Below, in pieces: positions 51,990 to 64,000 of a stretch of DNA of 64,000 nt (positions are counted from its first letter, which is position 1; each line of letters begins with the position of its first letter). Made by a program: the position numbers and the translations under genes. The notes beneath the pieces were generated by a model, which ran no database searches, was not told where the DNA came from, and saw only the letters and a program-made list of their open reading frames with translations. Location: assembly GCF_006345805.1 (NCBI RefSeq), contig NC_043014.1, positions 12,896,001-12,960,000 of the forward strand, given 5' to 3'. The DNA is from Octopus sinensis. Lineage: Eukaryota.

Positions 51990-52228
51990 AAAACACCTGC
52001 GAACAATCTTTCCAAGACGATCCTGAAAACGATGGAACGGGCGGTTTGGCCGAGGAAGCAAGTACAGAGGTGGGACAAGAGGTTTCCGCTACCGAGCAAG
52101 AGAGTTCTGGTGCTGAGCAGGCACTTCAAGAGGCAGGGGAAGCAGGTTCTGCAGAAAACGCCAAAGCTGATGCTGATTCTGTAGACAGCAAAGAGAAATC
52201 TGCAGACAATGACCTCAGTAAAGAAAAG
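51990..52228 (+). CDS. RNMT: RNMT exon, acidic disordered N-terminal region
   Basis: Acceptor atattgcAG, open frame NTCEQSFQDDPENDG...DLSKEK, donor AAG|GTAAGT. Phase 0 matches the next exon. Confidence 0.8.
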
Positions 52229-54284
52229 GTAAGTCTGTTTCTTGGACTAAGCATGGTGGTTCTCTTTTCACATTTCTTAAGCGTTCTGTATTCACTGACA
52301 TGCATTTTACTAGTTTTGTTCCTTTTAACTGAGGCAGTGCCCCCCAGCACTGCATTCGAGGGCTTTAGTGGAATGTATTAATCACAATTACTTTGTCAGT
52401 TATTTTATTAACCCTTTTGTGTCACTATATTTCCACTGAAATTCCCTGCTTTTGTGTCAATTAATTTTGAAAATAATAATTTTATTAAAATAATTTTGTC
52501 ATTAAGCAGATCTTAAGAACAAGTTAACATCAAATATTGATGGAAGGATTTAGTTTAGCTCAATTTAAAACAGGAAATTTATATCATCGAACAAATGGTG
52601 AATTTGGTAGATGCAAACTTTGTGGGAGCCTGTCGCGTGCGTGTGTTTATCCCTGTTTTTTACTCACATCATCACTCAATTGAGGTTGGTTTGTTTACAT
52701 CTCTGTAACTTAGTGGTTCAGTGAAAGAGGCTGATAAACTAAGTACTAGGCTTAAAAATATGAGCACCTGGATTTAGTGTTAGACTATAAACTTCAAAGC
52801 AGTGCCCCAGTACATCCACAGTCCAATGACCAAGAGGGGTTAAAGATAAAAGAAAGTAGGACAGTATGGTATTGCTACACCATATATGTAAATCTTTACA
52901 CCATATATACTTGGTGATAGGTTGTACCTTTAGTTTGGGGTTGTCAAAGTAGGTATTTGCAGTTGACTTGCAGATAGGTTACACTACAATCTGGGGAATT
53001 AAATGTCCCTTTTTAGTGTAAATATAAATATTTGTTTAATATTATCAAATATTCACCTTTATTTCAAAACTTTACTTACAAATATTAGAATATTTTTGTG
53101 GAAGTAATTTTGTGAAAGCAGTCTAATTGATAAATCAACTCAACTACTGATATGCCACCGTCTACTTCAGATCCCTGTGATGTTGAGTGGATAGGTTGCA
53201 CCCCTGGTTTTTATTGAAATTTTTGGTAAAAAAAAAAGCTCAGCAAATCCAGAAGTTTACACAGTAGATGTGTACATGCGCACAAACACATACTTTCATG
53301 CACAGCCTCTGTTAAACATTGGACATATGCAAAACCTGTGATAAGCCACCAAGGCATCACATCATCATCATTTTTATGAACACTTGCAAGAATCATATGA
53401 TGAAATTGTTGAAGTGGATTTGCAATGGCTGGATGCCCTTCCTGCCACCGACACCTACTTGCTTCCACATAAGGCAATATTTCCCCATGGCCACACGTTT
53501 TCTTGGAAAATTGGGGTACCACTTGCATGAAGGTGACGTTCATTTATAACTATCACACATTGTCAAAGCAAGGTAACAGTGACACACACACGACAGGCTT
53601 CTTTCAGTTTCTGTCTACCATATCCTCTCACAAGGCTTTGCTCAATCTTAGGGCTATGGCTGAAGACTTTGCCCAAGGTGTCACACAGTAGGCTTGAACC
53701 TGGAACTATGTGGTTGGGAAGAAACTTTTTACCATAAAGCTACATCTGTGCACAGTCAGCATATATGATAAGGAGAATAACAACAACAATAATAGTAACA
53801 AGTGCTCTGATTGTGCTATTCGGCTGGGCTTAGTAGGAGATTAGATAAATTCCAACGGTTCATACAAATAGTCTGCAGAGTGTACACATATTAATTAGAT
53901 AAACCAAGGCAGTCGAACTTGCTATATGTGTGTTGCAAATGAAGACAATGAAGTTCAGGCTATTTGGTCTGCTAGAAAATCCAAAGTGCATGATGATGGC
54001 TGGCAGGGATGAATCAATATTTTACTGATAGATCTTGGGGACAGGGCAAGGTAAGGGGGGGGGGCACATACTGATGGGTAGAATGACAGTGGTGGGTATT
54101 CTGGCGTAGGGCAGGTATAGGTGTGGCTCTGTGGTAAGAAGTTTTCTTTCCAACTGCATGGTTCTGGGTTCAGTCCTACTGTGTGGTATCTTGTGTGAGT
54201 GTCTTCTACCTATAGCCCTAGGTTGGCCAAAGCCATGTGAGTTGATTTGTTTGGCAGGAACTGAAAGAAGCCCACTGAAAATAT

Positions 54285-54327
<43 letters not shown>

Positions 54328-54969
54328 ACTGAGGTATGGTGAACCAATCTAATCTGACAGTTTCTACAGCTGGATGCCCTTCCTAATGCCAACCACTCCG
54401 AGAGTGTAGTGGGTGCTTTTACATGCCACCGGCACGAGGGCCAGTTTGGTGGTACTGGCAACGGCCACGCCCAAATGGTGCTTTTTATGTGGTAGCAGCA
54501 CAGTGTGCCACCAGCACATATATATATATATATATATAACAAGCAAAGTTGCTATTTCTAAAATCCCTTTAAGAGATGTAAGTAGCAACTCTAACTGAAA
54601 AGTAATGGTTGTTATCACGTCATGTGGTTGTTCTGCATAGAACAGTGTTACTACTCGTTTTAACCCCAGGAGGACACCTTCACCAGCTGTTTAACAACAC
54701 AATATCTGTGTCCAATATATTGCAAACAAGGGAGAGAACAGCTCCCATCTAGTGGTGACAAGACCAATAGACCAGTTGGTTTCAGGGTCTCGCCCTTCTT
54801 CAGTACTGGTACACCTGTGTGCTAGAGATGGCAGTTGTTCATCCCATTTCGCAATATATAAGTAAATAAGCGACACAGAGCCACTGATCTTTATATATAT
54901 ATATATAAATTAATAAATAAAACATGCATATATACATAAATATATGTACGTACCTACCTCTACATGTAT

Positions 54970-55317
54970 ATATACACGCATATATGGGTACAGGACACCA
55001 AAAAAACGTCGAACACAATGAGAAACGAAAACATAAACACAAAACCAAGGAACTGGACATTTTTCTTAAACAACAAAAAAATAGAGTACAGGACAAATAA
55101 CACAAGGAAAATTCCCCTTCTTCAGTTCACCTTCGAAACGCAGAGTAGATGAAACCATGGCGACTGAAGAAGGGGAATTTTCCTTGTTATTTGTCCTGTA
55201 CTCTATTTTTTTGTTGTTTAAGAAAAATGTCCAGTTCCTTGGTTTTGTGTTTATGTTTTCGTTTCTCATTGTGTTCGACGTTTTTTTGGTGTCCTGTACC
55301 CATATATGTGTGTATAT
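54970..55317. repeat. ~155-bp near-perfect inverted repeat in RNMT intron 2 (Penelope pseudo-LTR-like)
   Basis: 54970-55126 is the reverse complement of 55163-55317, with a ~36-nt spacer. Confidence 0.9.
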
Positions 55318-55381
55318 TATGCATATGTTTTTATTATTATATGACGGAACGCACGCATCCATTTCTAAGTAAGATTGTTCT

Positions 55382-55420
<39 letters not shown>

Positions 55421-56139
55421 TTAAGCACAGGCGTGGCTGTATGGTAAGAAGCTTGCTTCCCAACATTGTTCCTGATTCAGTCCTACTGTGTAACCCCTTG
55501 GGCAAGTATATCCTTCTATAGCCTTGGGTTCACCAGGGCTATGTAGTTCTTCCTCCAACCTGAGATCTATCAGAAAAATAGGGATTCGTCCCTCCTAATC
55601 AATTGCATTTGAGAACCACTGATGTAGCTCTTCTACAAAGAACCTTTCCCCTCCCCCATCTTACTCTAGCACCTCATCCCATTGCATAAAACTGCTCTGG
55701 CCCCTCTCTTGGGGTTTGTAATCTTGTGAGCTGCATGGCAAGCTTAATAATGCTGGTGGCTTGATAAAAGCATCCAACCCATTCTGTGAAGTGGCTGTTG
55801 TTTGTTAGGGTATCCAGCTATAGAAACCATGCCAAAGCATACATCAAGGCACAGTGTAATCCATACAGTCATTGGGCCCTCTCAAACCATACAACCCCTG
55901 CCATTGTAAGGTATCATTGTCATTCATTATCATCAACACTTAATGTCTGTTTTCCATGCTGGCATGGGTTGGAGGGCTTGACAGGAACTGGCAAGGTGAA
56001 GGTCTGCACCAGGTTCCATAGTCGTTTTTGGCTTGGTTTCTATGAGGGGGATGGCCTTCCTAACACCAACTTCTCCACAGAGTGTACTAGGTACTTTTTA
56101 CATGGCACCAGCACCCACACCATGGCTTTATATGTGGCA

Positions 56140-56510
56140 CTCTTGTTTTAGGATCTCAGTTCTGTTGAGTTGTGTGGGTCTCTTGCGTACAGCTATGCAC
56201 CACATATCTTGGTCCTCTATCATCTCCTTTGTAAGGTTCAACACTTAGAGATTGGCCTTCAATACTTCGTCCCATATCTTCTTGGGTCTCCCTTTTCCAC
56301 AGCTTCCCTCCCCACTTATTAGGCACCTTGGTTTTAGGATCTCAGTTCTGTTGTGGTGTGTAAGTCTTCTTGAGTACAGCTATGCACCACATATCTTGGT
56401 CCTTTATCATCTCCTTCATTATGTTCAACCCTTTGAGATTGGCCTTCCATACCTCGTCCCATATCTTCCTGGGTCTACCTTTTCCACAGCTTCCCTCACC
56501 ACTTATTAAG
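56140..56510 (-). mobile_element. Tandemly duplicated RTE ORF 3' end (2 x ~184 bp)
   Basis: GEGSCGKGRPRKIWDEV...DQDMWCIAVLKKT is present twice. Confidence 0.75.
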
Positions 56511-56886
56511 CTTGTGCTTCTTTTGTCTTTTAGTGGTTTCAATCATTAGACTGTAGAGTTATTGTTAGGGGAACTGCTTTGAATTTTTAGTTGAATGTGT
56601 CAACCCTAGTACTTATTTTTCTTGTAAACCTGGTGCTTATTCTGTCCATATCTTAATGCTGAACTGCTAAGTTATGGGGACATAAACACACCACCTGCAG
56701 TTGTCAAGTTATGTTGGAGGACAACCATAGACACACAGATTTGGTATTAGAAAGGACATCCATTCATTAAAACCATGTACAACAGACATTGAAATCTGCT
56801 GCAGTTTTCTGCCTAGCCAGGTCATGTCAAACCGTCCGACCCATGTCAGCATTGAAAGCGGATGTTAAATGATGATGATGATGATG

Positions 56887-56940
<54 letters not shown>

Positions 56941-57578
56941 GTAAATTGGACATGGGCGATCATTTTATTCTTTCTTGTCTTGAGGTTCACAGCCAAACGG
57001 CTGGGTGGATTTGCGTGAAAAATGGCACACATGTGGAGATGGCTGCATAGATTGGAATGCGGTTTGTATTTTTTTCCTAGCCCCTATAATTACCAAGAAA
57101 ATTAACTTTTTCTAATGGAATTACCCTGTTTGTTCTGCCATTAAAACAACCAGTTGCTCACACCGCTGGCATATACCATTTTGCTAGCAACAAGGGGAGT
57201 ACAGGATGACAGCCAGCCAAAACTTTAGCTAGGCTGCCTCTCTTCTTTCACCTCTTTGGGGGGTTAATAATCTTCATCTTTAGTTACAGTTTCTGATTAA
57301 AACTTACATAATAGGCAGAATTGTCAGATTAAGATGGAAGGGTGGTTTGAGGGAGATTTGGCTGCTATTTCTACCAGGTGAATGTAGAGGTTTGAACTTA
57401 ATTTTCACTCACATATTTGCATTTCAAAAATTTAACAATCTTTTCCATAAATCAGCTGTCATAAAAATTTACTACCATGACCTCACATTTTCTATGTATG
57501 TGTGTGTACCTTAAAAGACGTAATTAGACAGAGGTCCAGAAACAGACTACGTACAAATTCTTTCTTCACAACTCCTGA

Positions 57579-58142
<564 letters not shown>

Positions 58143-58360
58143 TAATTCCTTATATTTCTCTCTCCATTTTTAATCGGAAAAAAAAAAGAAAAAAAAAATA
58201 TCGTAATTTACTTTCAAACCAACTAACTGTACATTTCACTGTTTTAACTCATGTTTTTTTTGTTTTTCTCTCTCTTTCTCTGCTTGCATTATTTGATGGA
58301 ATATTTATTGTAACAATTGTTTTATACTTGGTTATCTTCCAACACAACTAATCTTTAGAT

Positions 58361-58953
58361 CAGTGGTACTCAACCATTTTTTGTCTATAGACCCTTCCTT
58401 GTTTACTTGGGTAGATCCTCAAAGCCATTCAGTTTTTAAAAACATCCTAGTTTTATAATCAGATATCATTAGGAATTGTCTAAAAATAATTTGGTTCATT
58501 GAAGAAGTATAACCAAGAGTGAAGAGCATGACTCAGTGGTTAGAAGTGAAGGCACATGGCTCAGTGGTTAGAGAGGATTGGGCTCACAATTGTGAGGTTG
58601 TGAGTTTGATTCCTGGACCAAGCTGTGTTTTGTATTCTCAATCAAAATACTATTTCACGTTGCTGTGAAAATGAGTTGTGACGTCACTACCAATCTGTAT
58701 TGGCCTTTGCCGTTCCCTTAGCTAACATCGATGGCATGGAGAGGGGAGGCTGGTATGTTTGGGTGACTGCTGGTCTTCCATAAACAACCTTGCCTGGACT
58801 TATGCCTTGGAGGGGAACTTTCTAGGTGCAGTCTTATGGTCATTCATGACCGAAGGGGGTCTTTACCCTTTTATAACCAATTTATTGTACATAAATTTTA
58901 ACCATCTTATATGGACCCCCAAGGGCCATATAGACTCTGGTTGAGAACTACTG
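58361..58953. mobile_element. hAT (Charlie-like) MITE containing a tRNA-SINE
   Basis: TIRs CAGTGGTACTCAACC / GGTTGAGAACTACTG; perfect 8-bp TSD CTTTAGAT on both sides; SINE insertion at ~58520-58870. Confidence 0.85.
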
Positions 58954-59952
58954 CTTTAGATTGTGAAGTAGAATTAAAGCCTGTTTGTTGTTTATTTTCT
59001 CTGTTAACAACTTCTCACATCTTGTTGAAAACTTTCTAAAAGCTATTAAAGTAATGTCCCTCCACCCAATTTAAAATGACTATATGTATATCATTTGTTG
59101 TGTGTGTTGGATTCTTTGGCTGCTGTGAGTGAAAACATACATGCTCTGTTGTTTTTTAGCCCCAAATTAGCCCTGATGTAGCAGATATATAATCGAAAGC
59201 ATTCCAGATGTGCCCATCCCGTCATTTTCAAATATCCAGAGAGCTCAGAATCACATTATCCAATGTCCTTTACAAAGAGGATAATGAGTGATTTTAGGGA
59301 GATTTTGCAGTTATTTCTACCTGTTAAAGTGACCTTGTAAAAGCATCCTCATTGGTTTATATAGGCCATATAATTGCTTGTGGTTGATAGGCTGGAGCAA
59401 AAATGTAAAAAGCAGAATCGTTTGCGTGGAAAGCAAAACTGAGATATGATAGATTTTACATTTTGTCTTAAATGAATGAGTAGTGAGGACCATTTTGTCT
59501 TGTCATGTACACAGTACTTCCACTAGTGCCACGTTAAAATGCACCTCTGTAGAAACCAGGCTAAAAATAAAAAAAGATAAATGAGATGCGGTCTCCATCC
59601 TGTTTTAGAGGACAGTATTCCCAAGTCAGTTCCTATTCTGAATAAGAAGTGACTTTGACTACAAGAACTGGTTTGGTTCATGCCACCACAGAAAACCGAT
59701 GATGATTAAATGTCTGTAGCAGTTTGAATACAATCTATTGAATAAAAAGAATACATGTTTTAAAAATAGTGAATCAGAAGAAATGAAATTTGAATGTTTT
59801 AAGGTAAATTTTAACCTTGAATTGTAGAATATCATTTCTTTCTATTTGGCATAATAAGCCTTTTCAATGTCAGTAGTTTTGTGGACAGCCTGGCCTTACT
59901 CGTACATAAATTGCATTCATGCTCATAAAAGAATAAAGTCAGGCCTTTATCC

Positions 59953-60318
59953 TCTCTATATATAAATGGCAAAATGTCTGTGTGTGTGTGTATCCTTTAT
60001 ACAAATCCACAATTTTTCAGTTAGAGGGCTCGCACTTTCTATGGTCATTCAAAACCGTCCAAGGGTGGTCGTGCACATCTTTACATTTCCCCAGTCACCC
60101 CGCAAAGCCATTAAAAAATCAATAGAAGTAACTTTTTAGTGAATTTTCTATCCAAAACCCAATCAAAAAGCCTGAAACTTGATACGCCAATTGAATGCCA
60201 GCTAGCTGTATGTGATTGGTCGGAGATTTGGACAGTACTCGCATGTATGTGCGCACGCACACAGCTGTATATGCATGCACTAGCACTATGATCCGGCAAC
60301 GCCGGGTCATAGTGCTGG
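59953..60318 (+). mobile_element. Non-autonomous Helitron
   Basis: 5' TCTCTATATATAAATGGCAAAATGTCTGTG; 3' hairpin AGCACTATGA-TCCGGCAACGCCGGG-TCATAGTGCT, ending CTGG|T. Confidence 0.75.
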
Positions 60319-62980
60319 TTTATTAATGTTTGTACTGTGTTTGAGAAGACCTGTCAAGCCAAGTGAAACCATAGTCGTGGCCGATGCTGGTGCCATGTAG
60401 CAGGCACTTGTGCCGGTAGCATGTATAAAAGCACCCATCGAATGTTGGACCTCATGGAGGTGATAAGTGACTGACACCTTTGGTGATCGTAGTTGTGGCT
60501 GATGCTGGCTTCATGTAAATGGACCCGTGCCGGTGGCACATAAAATGCGCCCATTACACTTTTGAAGTGGTTGGTGTTAGGAAGGGCATCCAGTTGTAGA
60601 AACCATGCAGAAACAGATTGGAACCTGGTGCAGCTCTCTGACTAACCAGTTTCAGACCAACTGTCTAACTCATGCCTGCATGTAAAGTAGATACTAAATG
60701 ATGATGTGACTACTCCCTCTTAGCCATCACATCCCAAATCTTTATTACATCTGCTACCCATAACCCTTGCATTTCTCTGTTAATCCATCATCATCATCCC
60801 TTGGACATTACTGTCTCAAGTCGTTGGTTTCCATGGTGTATAAGTGACTGAAATTACAATATTTGTCCTGAATGGGACACCAATCAGTTCCAAGGTCATG
60901 CATTCACAGCTGAGTGGACTAGAGCAACATTAACCCCCTTGGGACACTCTGGCTGATATCGAGCTGAAAGGACTTCAAGGCTGATCCATCGACCCAATGG
61001 AACAAATGTTGTGAATGGTTGGTTTTGAAGTGTAATAGTTAATCAGAGATCGTCTTCCAGTAGATGTTTTTCAATATTAAAAAAAAGAAAAAATTTGGTC
61101 TTTTTGGTTACACATACCAATACAACATGTGTCTCAGAAAGGGTTAACTGAAGTGTTTTGACCAAGAACACAGTGCACCACTTGGTCTCAAAATGAAAAC
61201 CATGATCTTATAATCACGAGTGCAATGCCTTAACCACTGAACCATGTGTTTTTACTCTGTAATCCGTGTTGATCTGAAATTTCTTTAACCCTTTAGCATT
61301 TAAACTGGCCATATCCGGCCAAAAGTATTCTGCTTGTTTTATGTTCAAACTGACCAGGTCTGACCTCTTCACACCAACCCTACAATATTGTTTTAAAAAT
61401 TAACAGCTACCTCATCAAAATCTCATAGCTACAAGATAATGCATGATTAGTTCAAAACAATGTGGATAAAAAAAGCATTAATTTGTGTAGAATAATGCAA
61501 ACACTTTGCTTCCTAGCTTTCTTTCCCTCAACACTTGCAATAAAATAAGGCCTTTAAATCCATGAATCATGAGGTCCATAGGCAAAAAGTGGTTGAGTGG
61601 TATAAAACAATTGAATATACGCTATTGAAGTTGGGGTGTGCTTTTTATTCATTCAAATATCATTTGTCATGAGCCAATGCATATTAAATTCATTGTCATG
61701 CTAAACGAATTTTTATACTCATTGAAAGTTTTCTTCAATTTCTTGGACATGGAGGAGGGGACATACCACAAAAACTCATGTAATTTGTGCACCTGTAAAA
61801 TTTGCACCTCAAAATTTTCAGAATTGTTGATATGGCCTGGGGGAAAAGGTTTTTGATCTAGTTGTATTTAGCATAAATTCACTTACTTATGATTAGATTT
61901 TATTAAATTTTCATTAAATAAAAATAATTTCTGTTTAACAGGTATTACACTAAACGCTATTAAATTACAAAGCATTTGTGTTGTTTATAATAAACTTTAT
62001 TTTACATTTCTTGCCCACAAGAGATTATGTCCAAACTTTAGCAAACTGCTGTATGTCTTCTCAAATCATGATCACAAGAAAAGTTGTTGATAATTCTTAT
62101 CAACAAAAACAAAGCTGATAAATAAGCACAGGTGTTATAAATTAAATTTAATACCAATAAACATCAGCTTGGATCACACTTTACTCACCTGACAGAGGAA
62201 AGTGACCAATCAAACTTATTATGCAAACAGAATTCTGATTGGTTGAAAGTGTCTTCTTGTTTCAAACTCTGATTTTCCGCCCATTCTTGTTGGAACCTTT
62301 GATATGGAATATTGAAATTTTAATCCCTTTCACATTTATAAAATGTCAGACAAACTTAAAAATTTGATATTACTGTTTTAGCTGGGAGACCTGATTGTTT
62401 GGTTAACACACTGAAATAGACATTAAAAATCGAAAGGAGTAAATAAACAGCTTTGCAAGTTTGATTCATTGTTTATTGAAGAAGAGAGGTGCAAAATTTA
62501 AGAAGTGACTTGTTTGGACATGTAAACATATGTTTATGAACTGATATGTGTGACTGTTACTCTGTTGCTTGAAATATGAGAGTAGAAAAAACAGCCAACA
62601 ACTGATGAAGGGTCGTTCTTTATGTTGTTTGTCTTGTTTTCCATTTGTGTCTTTCGTTGTTCGAAAAAATAGTTCATATTCCATGTTTTTTTTTTTAATA
62701 AATTTTAAACTATCAAAATATATACATACATACAACCTTCGACAGAATAAGTCATATACACAACTTGAACAGCCACGCATATTGGTACATAAACATACGT
62801 TTACATGTACATACACATATACACACATGCAGACACAGCTACACAAATACATAAATACTCCATCCATACATAACACATATATATCATGAATTAACTGTTA
62901 CTTTTTTCAGATGCAGATGATTTGTTTTATTTTTTATTTAAATATGACCTATTTATCCAATTTTCTTTCTTTTTTTCCAG

Positions 62981-63112
62981 GAGACACTTTACAGAAAGTC
63001 CAAAAAGAGAGAAGCTGTGATCATAAATATGTTGTACTCGACATGTGCTCAGGAAAGGGAGGGGACATGTTAAAATGGAAGAAAGGTCGAATCAGCAAAT
63101 TAGTATGCGTTG
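62981..63112 (+). CDS. RNMT: RNMT exon with SAM-binding motif I; gene continues beyond the window
   Basis: [43 protein letters not shown] (cf. human [25 protein letters not shown]). Polypyrimidine AG acceptor and G|GTAGGT donor. Confidence 0.96.
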
Positions 63113-63344
63113 GTAGGTTTTTATTTATACATTTTTATTCTATTCTTGTTTAACCTTTAGCATTTAATTTGGCCGTATCTGGCCCAAATATTCTTGTTGT
63201 TTCATGTTAAAACTGATCAGATGCAACCTCTCACACCTACCCTACAATGTCATTCTCAACATTGAAATCTTGAAGCCACAAAATTTATTCAAAGCAATGT
63301 GAATAAATAAACAATTCACTTGACAAAAAACTCTGAACACTAAA

Positions 63345-63752
63345 GGGTGCAGGAGTGGATGTGTGGTAAGTAGCTTGCTTACCAACCACATGGTTCTGGG
63401 TTCAGTCCCACTGCGTGGCACTTTGGGCAGGTGTCTTCTACTATAGCCTCGGGCCGACCAATGCCTTGTGAGTGGATTTGGTAGACGGAAACTGAAAGAA
63501 GCCCGTCATATATATGTATATATATATATATATATATGCATGTGTGTGTTTGTGTGTCTGTGCTTGTCCCCCCACAACATCTCTTAACAACCGATGCTGG
63601 TGTGTTTGCGTCCCCGTCACTTAGCGGTTCGGCAAAAGAGACTGATAGAATAAGTACTGGGCTTACAAAGAATAAGTCTTGGGGTCGATTTGCTCGATTA
63701 AAGGTGGTGCTCCAGCATGGCCGCAGTCAAATGACTGAAACATGTAAAAGAA
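63345..63752 (+). mobile_element. SINE family A copy in an RNMT intron
   Basis: Same head, body and tail as 3677-4063. Confidence 0.9.
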
Positions 63753-64000
63753 AAAAAAATCCATTTATCTCTTCTAAACCTGGCTACAAAACATTTTTTT
63801 AATCTAACACTGCATTGCAAAAAAATATTGTCACGGATTTGTAATCAAAAATATGTGCATAAAATTGAAGTTCACACACACGCACGCACACACACACATT
63901 AAATGTGTCTCCTTAAAGATGTTTGATTTTCTTGAATTTTAATATCAATTTCAAAACTGATGTTTACCTTAATAGGTGCAGGCATGGCTTTTGTGGTTAA

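Overview
Repeat-rich, AT-rich eukaryotic DNA, most likely Octopus (inferred from the SINE, LINE and MITE families present). It holds two spliced genes arranged head-to-head. On the - strand is FAM210A (DUF1279 mitochondrial inner-membrane protein), with exons 6468-6813 and 8459-8774 plus a probable first coding exon 19088-19172 ending at a GC donor (about 248 aa). On the + strand is the 5' part of RNMT (mRNA cap guanine-N7 methyltransferase), with coding exons 36623-36632, 51990-52228, 57999-58134 and 62981-63112; it continues beyond the window. The rest is tRNA-derived SINEs, LINE remnants (RTE, CR1, L1/Tx1, R4-like), DNA elements (mariner, maT, piggyBac, hAT, Helitron), a ~2 kb TA/TACA microsatellite and local tandem duplications. 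Highlights: (1) the FAM210A-RNMT head-to-head pair matches the human arrangement; (2) a ~300 bp element combines a Pol III tRNA-like head, an intact minimal hammerhead ribozyme core, inverted terminal repeats and a 12-bp target-site duplication (TSD), i.e. a Penelope-like SINE/retrozyme hybrid, and further degenerate hammerheads occur elsewhere; (3) an 806-bp near-perfect foldback element carries telomeric hexamers. All calls were made by eye, and repeat boundaries are approximate.
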